DNA of 64,000 nucleotides from Ministeria vibrans ATCC 50519 (lineage: Eukaryota > Protista > Filasterea): the NCBI GenBank assembly GCA_943704425.1, contig CALSCP010002736.1, positions 11,185 through 75,184 of the forward strand, read 5' to 3'. Within the stretch, counting starts at the first letter, position 1; every line of letters starts with the position of its first letter. Position numbers and translations under genes: made by a program. This document shows positions 24,206 to 37,300 of this stretch, piece after piece. Below the pieces are notes generated by a model, which worked only from the letters and a program-made list of their open reading frames with translations, was not told the DNA's origin and did not search any database.

Positions 24206-24422
24206 ACACCGCATTGCTCACGCTGCCCTCTTACTGTGCATAAAGAGGATGCCACTGTGCCAGGGTGAAGGTGAAGCTAGCGGGCGTGCCCTCGCTCACG
24301 TCGCGCGTCTGTCGTGTGAACACGCGTGTGATCGCCGGCGCCCACGGCACCTCCACCTCTCCGGCAAACAGCCCGGCAATGCCGTCCTCTGCACCCTCCT
24401 CCCCGCCAGTCTCGTCAGCCAT
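23261..24422 (-). CDS. Methyltransf_16 family protein methyltransferase, EFM7/NNT1-like, 6 exons
   Basis: HPLYAH..LAEWIDAHKELVLGKSVIEIGAGAALPSLVA..KVVAAEYP, FDVIIMSDLVFNHNQH, YCHH...DRDL and a C-terminal PVFPRDPGDPDVRR. Confidence 0.85.
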
Positions 24423-24817
24423 GGTCCGCCCAATTCACAGAATACCAACAATGAACAAATATCTAATGACTAATTATAAGTAATTGTGAGATGTGAGTTC
24501 GGAAGTGATCAAAATACATCGGTTTAATTCATTAATGAATTATACATTCTTCTTCTTTTTCTTCTTCAATACAAACGTATACAATCATTATCTCTATCTA
24601 TTCAACTTGCCACCACTAAAATATTAAAATAATAATAATTATTATCGAAATCAGTCAATCACCAAATTCAAACTCTATCACGTCACGAGTCACTTTATCA
24701 CAGTCTTGACAATTGGCACGAAAAGAAGAAACGAAGGTGACACATTGAAAATACTATTATTCAACGTCATGATAAAAAAAATTACTATTACGATTATACA
24801 ATAACGCGCTGTTTTCT

Positions 24818-25267
24818 TTAGTGGTCTGCTTTGGAATCGTAGAACGAACGCGCATTTCGCTTCCGTGCGTTGAAGCGTTCACGGTCCGTCTTGAATGAGA
24901 GGGACGCTGTAAATGGTTGGTTGTGGGAGTCGGGTGAGAGCGGAGCAAGGACAGCGACGGCTGGAAGAGAGAAACGCAACTGACGATCGGGTGGCTGAAC
25001 AGAGTCTGGAAGAGAATTGGTTTGGGATGGCGGGAGGGCACTACGTGGTGCGGTGGGGTGGTGGGGTGGCGGTGCAGTGGGTTGGATCGTGACGGGTGCA
25101 TTTGCTTGGTTGATTGCGTTGACTAGTCGTCGCGTGAGTTTCTTGTGGAGAATTACCTATACATACATTTCAAGACCAGAACAATTTAGTACTCTCTATC
25201 ACTTTGATTCTCCTCTCTATCACTTTGTTTGTTCTCTCTATCACTATTTTTCTTCTCTCTTTACTCC

Positions 25268-25312
<45 letters not shown>

Positions 25313-26109
25313 CTTGTTCGATCTCTCTCTTTTCTCCCTCCTCTCTCTCTGAATAATTTGCTTCTTCCCCCCCTCTCTGCTCTCATTGTGTTTACTTCGT
25401 CTTCCGTCCAAGGTGTAGACCCAAAGCGAGCACGCTCATAGTTACTGATGAATGTGTCTGCGTCGTACCGGAGGGCCTTGAACCCCGCTCCCGAGTTGAA
25501 CACAGACAGCCTACACCTCATTCAGCAAACGTCCCTTTTGTCTCGATGACCACCACCCACGACCCCCCACCACTCAGACAACACATACCTTGAGACAAGG
25601 GCAAGCATGTAGCCGCGCAGTGACTGCGTGCGGGGCAGCGACGCCGCAAAGTGCCGGTCGTAGTCGTAGACGGTCGACAGAAGCAGATCCGCCGTGTCCA
25701 GCACCTCGTCGACAAACGACCGCTCCGTGCCGCGACTCGTCATCTTCCAATTGCGTATCCGCTCGACCGTCTGCGGCGCCGGCTGCAGCCGTAACCGAGC
25801 ATTGCTGGCAAGCTGTTCGCGGATGGGCACACACTTCTGCCCTAACGCCCCCATGTCGCCCCATGCCAGCGGCATACACTCCGTCGTCTTGCGCCGAAAC
25901 ATCTTGAACATGCGACGCTCCCGTGCACCAAAAATGAGAAACAGAATCCCCCCCTGGACGAGCGTAGACGCGAGACAAGAGGGAGAAGCGTCGCTCGTTG
26001 AGTTTTCACAAATATAAAACAAAGTATTATTATTATTGTCGTGTAGCAATACCGTCACGCCGTAGACGATGACAACCAAAAGGATCTCAGCGGTCTCAAA
26101 GCTAGCCAT
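24818..26109 (-). CDS. NICE-3 / C1orf43-like protein
   Basis: N-terminal TM (ILLVVIVYG|GGILFLIFG..RRMFKMFRR), SLRGYMLAL and FISNYERARFGSTPW. These resemble C1orf43 NFRSYLLDL and LLDGYETARYG (recalled from memory). Confidence 0.7.
25190..25350. repeat. Intronic CTCTCTATCACTT units plus a (CT)n tract in the NICE-3 gene
   Basis: Four CTCTATCACT copies flanking a (CT)n run. Confidence 0.85.
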
Positions 26110-26265
26110 AGCCAAGAAAACAAAAAAAAAATTGAAATGACTAATTTCGGATCTAATGTAAATGAACAAGCAAACCTTCGAAGTTTGAAAAGTAGTCAGT
26201 GGTCACTGGTCAATTCTCAAAACTACTTAAATAGTTGATAGTGCGACTCCACCCATCCATTCGCC

Positions 26266-27051
26266 ATGTCGGACCATAGAGCATCGCAGAAGACCGTCGT
26301 CGTCGTGCAGGAGCACAGAGGGTTCTGCCAGCGCCACCATCTGTGCATGCTCTCGCGTGGCGCCAAGCGGGTATGTAGCGCGCCCTCGCCCACCGCCCCT
26401 CCTTGTGCCCCACCCCCAGCGCGCCACCCGCCGTCCACTCACTCACCAGAATTCTTTTTGTCACTCACAAACTTATTTTTCGAACAAAAGTCGCAAGAAA
26501 AATAGCTTTAACTCCTTCTTTCTCGCTTCGCCGTTCCCTACACACGTGCAGTTCAACGTCGCCCTCCCCACCTCCTCCCTGTCGCGTTCCGCAACAGTGT
26601 CCGTTGGACTTTTGCGCTTTCATCTATTTCAAGAAAAACACTCCCCGTTCCCCTCCTCACCGCCTGCGCCGCCCCCCGGCCTGCCTTGTCTTGTCTAGTG
26701 TGCTGGAGGCGATGTTGGTGGCAACAACTGGTACTTCTTTGCCTGGATTCTCACGGTATGGCCAAATGGAGAGAGAGAGAGAGTGAGAGTGAGAGTGAGA
26801 GTGTGAGAGTGTGAGAGTGTCGCGATTGCCCATCTAAGCGGATTTGTGCTCTCATTTAGGTGCCGCTTGATCTCGTTCTCTTCCTCCTCATGATGCTTTT
26901 CTGGATGTTCTACTACCTGTTTAAGGGCATCCACAACTGCTGCGTAAGACCATGCTCGCTCCCACTCCCAGTCCTAACCTCACACACTACACACACTCTA
27001 TGCTTATAGTCAAACAAGGAAGTTGCGCGTGCGTCCGGTCCCGGTCCCTAG
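26266..27051 (+). CDS. Uncharacterised 95-aa membrane microprotein (exons 26266-26370, 26699-26755, 26860-26943, 27010-27051)
   Basis: Four exons with canonical GT-AG sites, all phase 0, give MSDHRASQKTVVVVQEHRGFCQRHHLCMLSRGAKRCAGGDVGGNNWYFFAWILTVPLDLVLFLLMMLFWMFYYLFKGIHNCCSNKEVARASGPGP*. Confidence 0.7.
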
Positions 27052-27181
27052 GCAACCACCTTTCTCTCATCCGAACCTGTATCCACCCCGCCACCCAAAA
27101 CTCCCTCTCCTTTTAGTACAACAAGCTCGTTACAATAATAATTATTATTATATCCTCCTGTCAAAGCCCCTGTTCTGTCTG

Positions 27182-27475
27182 TTACCGTTGCATCTTGCGT
27201 CCCATAAACTCGCCCGTTCCCCCCACATCCACAGTGCTCACCTGCACTTGCATCTTCCTCTCCAGCTTGGAAAACAGCTGTTGCTCAAACGGGTGTGATG
27301 TGACGACATAGCGGATCGTCACATCGTTCGTCTGGCCAATGCGGTGCGCCCGATCTTCAGCTTGAATCAACTAACAAAGAGAGACAAATTGCTGTTCAGC
27401 GACTCTCACAGTCACGAAATCCGCACTCAATCACACTAAAAACACACTGAACCCCATTCAATCACACTCAATATC

Positions 27476-27518
<43 letters not shown>

Positions 27519-29628
27519 CCTCTCAATCATTTTGTTCCTTTCTCCCCCCGCTCTCCCTCTCTCTCTTTGTTTCTTTCTCCTCTCTCTCAGACCTGTCCAA
27601 CGTTCCAATAGGCCTCAGCAAAGAACACACTGGCAGCCGCATGCAAAGTCAGTCCCACACCGGCCGCAGTCAATCCCAACAGCCCCACTCGAACCCCACT
27701 CACACTACTCACACTCCCCTCCGTCTTCTCCTTCTTCTTCTTCTCCTTCTTCTTCTTATTCTTCTTCTGAGACGTGTCCTCCGAGCTTTCTTGTAGTGGC
27801 GTTTGAAACTCATCACAGAGCGCCTGTCGTTCCTGTGCGGGTGTTGAGCCGTCAATCCGAATGTACCCAATCTTTTTTTTTTCTAAATGTGCTCCAATCG
27901 CATCCAAAACCTTACAACAAAACAGCAACGACAACAATACAAAACTCAATACAATAGCATCTTCTTCTTGTTCTCATCTTTTTGATTCTTACAGACTTGT
28001 GGTGGGCAAAAATCAAATGCTTTCGGGTATCGTCCGGATCAACAAAAACAACTTCATCGAGATAGCGGGTAAACGCAGGTAGCTTGACCTTCCCCAGCGT
28101 AGCATAAAGATGTGTTAGGGCGGTGTAGAGGGTCTGCTGGGCGGGTGAGAGAGACGCTTTGGCGGACGAGAGCAGAGAAAAGTCGGAGTCGGAGAAGAAG
28201 AGTTCGCCCACAGCGGAAGCGGGAGGGGACGTAGACGAGCGACCCGATTCGATTGTGAGCTGTTTGCGCGCCTTGTCGATGGCTTCGGAGCATTTCTCAA
28301 GAACCTTCTTGTCCGATTTGCGCTCGACGTCCACAAACAGGGGCACGCGGGTCTTTGCGGGGAGTTGAGATAGCACCCGGGACTTTTGGCGGCGGATCAT
28401 GACAGCGCTACGGAGAATCCACTGGAGTTCGTGGAGGTGAGAGGCACCAGCGAAGGACCAGGGCCCCTGGTAGAAGTGTTTGGTGTAGTGAAAGGCAGGA
28501 AGACGGGTGCCGGCGCAGTAGTGAACGCCAAAAGCAATGCGGTCGGAAAACAGCTGTGGCTGGACGGCATGCACGAGGTTAAAGAGTTCAATGGGGCGCG
28601 AGAGGACGGGAGTCCCCGTAAGGAGGATGCGATGGAGGGCGTGCTCGGTGAGACGCAGGATGGCACGGGTGCGCTGCGCCGTCGCCGACTTAATATAATG
28701 TGCTTCGTCGATGATGAGCGTGCGTCGTTGGGCCTCGCACAGTGCTTCAATGTTGTTCACTGCCAGGCCGTACGTGATGATGCAGACGGGCCGTGTCAGG
28801 TCCAGCTTTGACGATGAGCTCACCACTGCAATGTCACTCTCAGGAATGCCCAGAACCGCCATGAGCTCGTGCTTCCACGTCGCCGACAGCGACATGGGCG
28901 TCACAATCAGCAGCGGCCAGTCCGAGTGAAAATGCTGCGCAATCATGGCCGCCTGGCGCGTCTTGCCCAGTCCCATCTCGTCGCCCAGCAACACACAGCC
29001 GTTGGCACGGATGCCCCGAAGCACGCCCACTCGCTGAAAGGGCATCAACGAGCTTAAGAGTGTCTCATCCATGCCCAGCGCTCTCAGACCGGCCGTTGCC
29101 GCCCCGCCGTCCTCGTCGTCACTGCCGTCCAGCAACGGCACCGACAGACCCGTCAGCACTTCCAGTGGCGTCGCTGCCGGCCCCACCTCGGAGACAGGGC
29201 GAAACGCCGAGGCGACAAGGTCGCTGTGGCCAAGTCTCATGAGCTCCTGCGACGCCATGACGCGCAGCGACGTCGGATGCGGCAGGATGAAGTCAGCGTA
29301 GTGATCGGCAAGCATTGCCATCGCGGGCACTACCGACTGGGCCGTCAGCGTCGACCCTGCCGCCACGCTGCTGTGCTGCGCAAACAGCCGGTGCACCGTG
29401 GCTGCTGCTGCCCCTCGGCCCACGTTGGACAGCCGCCATCCGCTCGAGTCCTTCAGCAGACCAAAGCGTATTCGACCTCGTCTGTCGATTGCAATGACTG
29501 TTATGATATATTTACCGCTCAACAACAGTGTCGTACTTTTGGCCCGTGTGCACAACGGCTATCGAACGAGAGTACAAACTTCGAGCGGCACGCGCCCACT
29601 CGAACAGTTTGGCGTTGTGCTGAGCCAT
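27182..29628 (-). CDS. SMARCAL1/ZRANB3-family SNF2 annealing helicase
   Basis: LMPFQRVGV, LLGDEMGLGKT, WPLLIVTP, IIDEAHYIKS..AQRT, LLTGTPVLSRPIELF, LIFAHH, IRIDGST, AAGVGLTL and QAEDRAHRIGQ. The first exon from ATG 29628 joins in phase 2. Confidence 0.92.
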
Positions 29629-29749
29629 AAACACAGAAAATATTTACTTTTGAGTTTTGGGATTGGGTTTGGATCAAAAATATAAACTATTTGTTTTCAT
29701 GGTGGTGTACTGTCACATATGAATTTATCACTCTATCGTCACCATACAA

Positions 29750-31278
29750 TCAGACTCCCGTAACGCGCGAAATCATCTTGGTCAGCGCGGCCATTTGAAA
29801 ACCAATCTTGGACGCATAGTCTACGCCAGTGTAGCCCCACCAGTCAAAACACGCTAAATGAGAGAGGGGGAGGGAGAGGGAGGGAGAGAGAAAGAGACGG
29901 TTAGGCATTATGTACGATTCTTGATTGGGTTCACTGCATAAGTGAGTGTACCTTTTGGATTGAGGGTGGTTGAGTGTGCCTACAAAGCGATAAAGTGTGA
30001 GTGCAACCGTATTCGTTTTTGTTGTTTAGCTGACCTGCGGGTAAAGGATAATGAGATGGTTTGCCTCTGCAATTTCATTGTAACCGGCATGAGCAGTGAA
30101 AGAGTCGTTGATAAGCGAATAGGTCATAAGACAACCGTGAAAGGCAAGGTGGAGACGACACTCAACTAAGAGAAGAGAGAGGAGAAAGAGAATAAGAGGA
30201 GAGAATTTCTTTATTCTTCTTAATTTAACTCTTTGGTTACCTTGCCCGGACTTGCAATCGGTTGGAACGTAGATTGAACCGGTAAAGTCAAACCCATATT
30301 CCGTTGGTTCCTAAAACGAACAATATAATAATAATAATAACTTTTTACTATTTTTCTGTTGTTATTATTATTATTCTTACGCTCAATGCAAAAAACTCCG
30401 ACTGATCAAAGTACATCAACTACAAAAGACGCCATGAACGCAACATACAAGTGATACAGCCCGCAACTGGCAATGAGTCCATTTACACACACACACACAG
30501 GCACAAACACACATGCACCACACACACACACACACACACTCAGTCATGTTTACGTTTTCGGGCTTGGACGGAACGGACGGATCCATCTGACCGTAAATCG
30601 TCGTTAAAAGCGCATACGCTGCGTCGTAATCGCAGTTGTTGATATAAGGAGAGCCCAGATAGTTGCAGGGATTGCCAAAAGACGCAGTGATGAAGGCGTG
30701 CTCGGATGCGATGGAGAATTCACTCGTGACATTGGCCGAGAAGGCTTCGTAGTACTTGACGAGCTTCTTACCGACTCCCTGGTGGACAACCGAGTCCTGC
30801 GTGCCCGAGAAGACATACACCGGGGCGTTCTTGAGATGCTCGACGGGGTCAATGGTGCGTGTGGTCGATGCGGTTGTGCGTGTGACGCTCGCAAGATAAT
30901 CAACATCAATTTGCGCCGGCTTGCTCATGCACGCGCCCAGGGCGATCTCCACGTTCGCCTGCGCACAGTAGTAGGGGCCCCCTGCACACGTCGACAAGGT
31001 GCGCAGCAAACAAGGCCGTTAGAATTGCGTTGTGGAAACCCATTCAAAGAAAGAGACGATCACAAAAACTTTTTCGCACCTGCAATAACTCCTGCACCAT
31101 AAACAGACGCCGAATTCGCCACATGGTACTGCACAGCCATGTACGCACCCGCTGAGATCCCAGACACGCTTGTTTTCGCAGCATCAACAAAATATTTTTC
31201 CAGCGGCGGCGCAGTTGCGTCCACTACCGCTCCAAGCACAGCGCATAGTAACAACAAACGACTGAGACGAGCGACCAT
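29750..31278 (-). CDS. Secreted poly(3-hydroxybutyrate) depolymerase-like esterase, multi-exon
   Basis: Signal peptide, SVSGISAGAYMAVQYHVA (nucleophile elbow), GGPYYCA, VFSGTQDSVV, SPYINNC.YD.A, IYVP..C..CRLHLAFHGC, ILYPQ and NPKACFDWWGY. Confidence 0.88.
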
Positions 31279-31388
31279 GCGACAACCAAAGCTTGAAACA
31301 ATATAATTTATTTTTTAATTTTTTTATCGCTGATTTTCCTTTTGATCTCAAGCAACAACAATTTCACTTCACTTTTTTCACGATTAAT

Positions 31389-34300
31389 ATGAACTTCTCG
31401 TGGGACGCCGGTCCAGCTTTACGGCGCCTCCGAGATGTCCTCCCGGACCTCGCAACGCCCTTATTAGGTCCTATTTTCAAGGCCCTTGACGGCGCAGGGG
31501 AATCGTCGGCGCGTGTGTCGGACCACGCGGCTCACGACACTCTTGTGGGAGTCGCGCGCGTCTTTGTGATCGCGTCGCAGCAGGACATGCGCGATCCAAT
31601 CGCGCCCGCTTCCCTTGCAGCCGTTGCGTCGCTGCAGGCTGCGGTCGATGCACGCTTGCCCACCAGAGTGCTGCTCGTCGCGAGACTGTTCCGTCCACTT
31701 CTCCTCGAGATTGTGTCGCTTGCCATTCAGTCTTGCGATCCTCACGATCCCCACAGTCAACTCGCCATCGCGTACGCCCTTGCAGCAACCCTCCCCGTTT
31801 ATCCCGATGCCATTGGACCCACCGTACTCGTCAGATTCGCCTCAAACGAACGTCTCGCTGAGCATTTGCATCGTCTGGTCGACGACTGCGACACCGCCGA
31901 TCCCACTCAACGCGCGACGTCGTCTCTTCTGGCCGCACGCACACTCGCCTTTGTCGCGCACTCCTTTGTCTCCTTCAATGTGAACGCCTTCCGCGACGCC
32001 TGGGACTGGTCGTCGCTCTTGGCTCTGCTCCACGAGACACCCTCCACCGATCCCTTTGTGCGTCGTCACGTCGTACCCACCGCACGCCTCTTGCTGGGCG
32101 CCTCCGAAGCACAGGCGTCTGCCTGGACCTCCGTTGCCGGCGCACTCGACGACACACTCGCCGACAGCGCCGTCTACAGCGACTGGCTCGTCGAGGCTCA
32201 CCAGTCCCTCGAACTGGCGCTCCTCCAAACGTGCAACGACAACGACGACAACACCAATGACGATGGACACGCATGGAGCCTCCCCATTGAAGCACGTCAT
32301 CTCAGTGATACTCTTGTGGACTTGTGCGGTGTTCTTGTGCCCACCACGGCAGCAGAGGCAACACCAGCACACGACGACAACGACGCGCCGCACACCTCAT
32401 TGCTTTACGCACTCACGCCCTCAGCCGCAGACAACATGCACCGACTTGCAATGGCGCTGCTGCAGCCGCAACAGGCCATTCTGCTGACGGGCCCCACCAG
32501 TGCTGGCAAGACAGCGACACTCGAGCACGCAACGCACCTGATCCACCGTCGTGCGCTCATCTCCATCCACATTGGCGACCAAACTGACAGCAAGACGCTT
32601 CTTGGCGGTTATGTCTGCACCGACACGCCCGGCGAGTTCCGCTGGCGTCCCGGTGCCCTCACGCGTGCCGTCACCGAAGGCCGTTGGCTTTGCATCGACG
32701 GCATTGACCGCGCCCCCTCAGACGTCATTGCCATTCTCATTCCCCTCATCGAACATGGTCAGTTGCCTATTGCCAGTCGCGGCGACACAGTGCGCGCTCA
32801 CCCGCAGTTCCGCCTCTTTGCGACCGCCCGCGACGACGCCGACACCTTCCACGCTCACCATGCGCTTTGGACACGCGTGCGCATTACACCACTGCCTGAC
32901 TCAGAGTACCACAATGCCCTCACTAGCGCCCTCCCTTCCCTCCGTGACCACCTCGCCACGCTCATTGCCGCCCACGTCGCTGTCCGTGACGCCATCACGC
33001 GGCGCCGCGGGCGCTGTCCGCAGTCACGCGACCTCATCAAGTGGTGCGCGCGTCTTGCTCAGACTTCTACCGCAGATTCAAGTGCCTTTGCCGAGTCGGC
33101 TCTCGCCGAGGGCATCGACTGCCTCTGCGGTGCCCTTCCGCCCGCCACCGAGGCGTTTGGTGAAGCCGCACTGGCTCTGGCCGACGCCCTTGCCGTACCC
33201 CGTCACCGTGTCGACTTTTTCCTCAACACCTACCGCCCTCGCGTCGCACTCTCACCCGACCAGCGTCAGCTCACCTTTGGACGAACCATCCTGCCCATCA
33301 CACGCGCACCCGAGCAACTCGACGAGCTCACCAGCGCTCCTCCGCCCCCCTTTGGCCACACACGGCACGCACTCGTGCTCATGGAACGCCTTGCCGCCTG
33401 CATCGCCCGAACCGAACCCGTTCTGCTTTGCGGCGAGACGGGCGCCGGCAAGACTACCGTGATCCAGCACATGGCATCACAGCTTGGTCAGCAACTTGTC
33501 GTCGTCAACATGAGCCAACAAAGCGACTCGGCCGATCTTCTGGGCGGCTACAAACCCGTCAACATGCGTCTGTTGGCCGCTCCTCTCTTGCCCCACTTCC
33601 ACGAGCTCTTTGGCGCCACCTTTAGTCGTCGCCACAACGCAAAATTCCTCCAGACCATCGACGACAAGTTTCGTCGTCGCAAGTGGGACCACCTCATCAA
33701 GTTGTTTCGCTCGGCCATTCAAATGGTCCGTGACAAAATCGAAAAGGGCAAAGCAGCAGCAGCAAATGCAGAGACGTCAGCCGTGGCAGCAGCAGCAGCA
33801 GCAGTTGAGCCTGCTCTGAGTGACACACTCGTTGCAGGTTGGAATGAATTTGAGGAGTGTGTCGATCGGTTCTTCCAGCAACGATCGCGCGCTCAACATG
33901 GGTTTGCATTTGACTTTGTCGAGGGTGTCCTTGTACGTGCGCTGCGTCGCGGCCACTGGATTCTCCTCGATGAAATCAACTTGGCATCGCCCGAGACGCT
34001 CGACTGTCTGACGGGTCTGCTTGAGTCGTCGCATGGCTCGCTTGCTGTGACGGAACGTGGCGATCTCGACACCGTGACGCGTCACCCCAACTTCCGTCTC
34101 TTTTCCTGCATGAACCCCAGTACGGACTTTGGCAAGCGCGAACTGCCCACGGGCATCCGCTCGCGCTTTACCGAATTCTACGTGGCCGAACCCGACTCGG
34201 CCGAGGATCTCTCTATCATTGTGCGTCAGGTGCTCAGCGGTGGGAGTGGCGCGTCGAATCAATCGTCCGATGTCGCTACAGCGCAGCCGGCCGATTCGCT

Positions 34301-37300
34301 GCGTCCCATGGTCGACGCGTGTGTCTCCGTCTACCAGACGGCCAAGGCGGCCGCTAACGAGGCGCACCTGGCCGACGGCGAAGGGCGCCGCCCTCACTTC
34401 AGCTTGCGCTCTATGTGTCGCGCCGTCGCCTTTGGACGTCGTTGCGCGCGTCTCTGTGGCGGAGTTCGACGGGCTCTTGTCGAGGGTTATCTCATGTCGT
34501 TCACCACGCAGCTCAACAGTGCCTCACGCGCAACTCTCTCCCGCCTCATTGTACAACAGATCGCACCCAACATGCAACAGCACGACCTTGTCAATGTGCC
34601 CCCACTTCCGGCCAATGTCGCCTCGGACGAATACACATGCGTCGAGCGATTTTGGTTGCGCAAGGGGGCGCTGTTTGACGCCGACCGTGTCGCCAAGGCA
34701 CGCGCCGCATCCGTCGCCAACGCCGACACTGAAGCTGTTATTGCCGCCGGCGGTGACGCTTACATCCTCACTGCGTCTGTGCGAGCCAACCTCGTCGCCA
34801 TTGCACGGGCAGCGGCCGCAGGAGCTCAGCCTGTGCTGCTGCAAGGACCCACGTCAGCAGGCAAGACCTCCATGGTGCGTCATCTGGCGCTACTCACGGG
34901 ACATCGCTTCACACGCGTCAACAACCACGAACACACTGACTTACAAGAGTACCTGGGCACCTATGTCAGTGACGAACAGGGCCGCCTAGTCTTCCAGGAG
35001 GGTGTCCTTGTCACGGCTGTGCGCGAGGGCCACTGGATTGTTCTCGACGAGCTTAACCTTGCACCGACAGATGTGCTCGAGGCGCTCAACCGACTGCTCG
35101 ACGACAACCGCGAACTGTTCATCCCGGAGACACAGGAGACGGTCAAGCCCCATCGCGACTTTCTGCTTTTTGCCACCCAGAACCCGGCGGGTGCGTACGC
35201 CGGCCGAAAGCAACTCTCGCGTGCCTTTCGCAACCGTTTCGCCGAAATTCACTTTGACGACATTCCCTTGGACGAGCTCCAGTGCATCCTTGAGCGCCGC
35301 TGTCTCATTGCCCCGTCCTACTGTCAACGTCTCGTCAATGTGCTCAACGAGTTGCGCGCGCGTCGCCAAGACACGCGCGTCTTTGCCGGCAAGGAAGGGT
35401 TCATCACGTTGCGCGACCTCTTTCGGTGGGCCGGACGTCGTCCCGACTCGTACCAGCAGCTCGCCGAAGATGGTTATATGCTGCTTGCCGAGCGATGCAG
35501 ACGGGCCGACGAGCGTGAGACGGTGCGTGCGGCCATTGAAAAGCACATTCCACGCACCTCCATCAACGTCGAGCAGATGTACACGGGTCAGGCATTGCTA
35601 GACACGCTCGCAGCCATGCCCCGCGACCAACTTGCACCGCAGCTGCACGATGTGGTCGCCACCAAGAGCCTGCGCCGTTTGCTCACCATTGTGTCACGCT
35701 CGCTCGAGAACCACGAGCCTGTGCTGCTCGTGGGCGACACGGGTTGTGGCAAAACGACTGTGTGCGAACTGCTTGCGGCATTGCGCCAACGTCCTCTGCG
35801 CGTCGTTGCTTGTCACCAGCACACCGAGACGAGTGACTTCCTTGGCAGCATGCGACCTGTTCGGTCCCTTGGCGAAAGCGCAATGGAGGAACAGGAGCAG
35901 GAGAAACAGCGCAAGTGGTTTGCGTGGCAAGACGGTCCCCTCGTCGAGGCGATGCGCGACGGCTCACTCTTGCTCGTCGACGAGATCTCTCTTGCGGAAG
36001 ACTCGGTGCTCGAGCGTCTCAACCCGGTGCTTGAGACACCCGCGACACTGGTGCTTGCTGAGAAGGTCGGTGCAGCCATTGAGCATGTGCGTGCCTCGAG
36101 TGACTTTGCCGTGCTTGCTACAATGAATCCAGGCGGTGATTTTGGCAAGAAGGAGCTCAGTCTGGCGTTGCGCAACCGTTTCACGGAGGTGTGGGTGCCG
36201 CCGGTGACGGACCTCGACGACATGCGTCTCATCATTGACCACGAACTCGCCAAGTGTTCCTTACCCGAGCCCCTACCCGCCTACATACCCTCGGGTATTC
36301 TTGCGTTTGTCTCGCACTGCCGTGAATCGGCACTCGCCGCGCGTGCCAAGGCGACCACCGTCTCGCTTCGTGATGTCCTTGCCTGGGCTCGCTTTGTCGC
36401 GACCACAGCGCCTCGCGTAGGACCCGCCGCCGCCTTTGCGCACGGCGCCGCGCTGACTTTCATCGACGCCATGGAGCCATCGCCGTGGCGCTCCGCCTGC
36501 GTTGAGGTGGTGCTCGCGCAGCTGCCGCCTGCCCACGCGAGCGAGCATGCCGTCTCGAGTGCCTTTGACGAGACAGCTGGTGCGCAGGTGACGCTCGAAG
36601 CAAACGCAGCGACCCGCACATTTGCGCTGGGTCCCTTCGCAGTCGAGTACGGCGGCGAGAGTGACGCTTTTGCGAGTGTGTATACACTTGACGCGCCCAC
36701 CACGCGCCGCAATGCGTTGCGTTGCATGCGTGCGCTGCAGTCGCGCAAACCTATTCTGCTTGAGGGAAGTCCCGGCGTGGGCAAAACCTCACTGGTATCT
36801 GCCATTGCTCGCTGTGCTCAGCGCAAACTCGTGCGCATCAACTTGAGCGAACAAAGCGATATTGCCGATCTGTTTGGCTCGGATTTGCCCGTCGACGGCG
36901 GTGCACCCGGCGAGTTTGCCTGGCGTGACGGACCCTTTCTGCAGGCGGCGCGTGCCGGCGACTGGGTTCTGCTTGACGAGCTCAATCTTGCGTCGCAGCA
37001 GGTTCTGGAAGGTCTCAATCCGTGTCTGGACCACCGCAGCACTGTTTTTGTGCCCGAACTCAATTTGCAGTTTGCCTGTCCAGCCTCCTTCCGCGTGTTT
37101 GCCGCGCAAAACCCTGCCGTGCAGGGCGGCGGTCGCAAGGGATTGCCTCGCTCCTTCCTCAACCGCTTCACGCAGGTGCACGTCTCACCCCTCGGCGCCG
37201 CCGACTACGTCGCCATTGCATCGGCCGCGCATCCGCAGCTGTCACCCTCTACCATTGAACGTATGGTCCAGTTTAACGCCCAGGTGCACACGCTGAGCGC

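Noticed and set aside
26695-26934. Minus-strand 79-aa ORF (MDALKQVVEH...) as an extra helicase exon
   Set aside because: It is the antisense of the hydrophobic exon 3 of the plus-strand microprotein, which has clean splice sites.
29915-29934. Possible 18-nt extra exon in the PHB depolymerase (CAG|TGAACC...AATC|GTACAT)
   Set aside because: The upstream intron would be under 25 nt, and direct splicing already restores NPKACFDWW.
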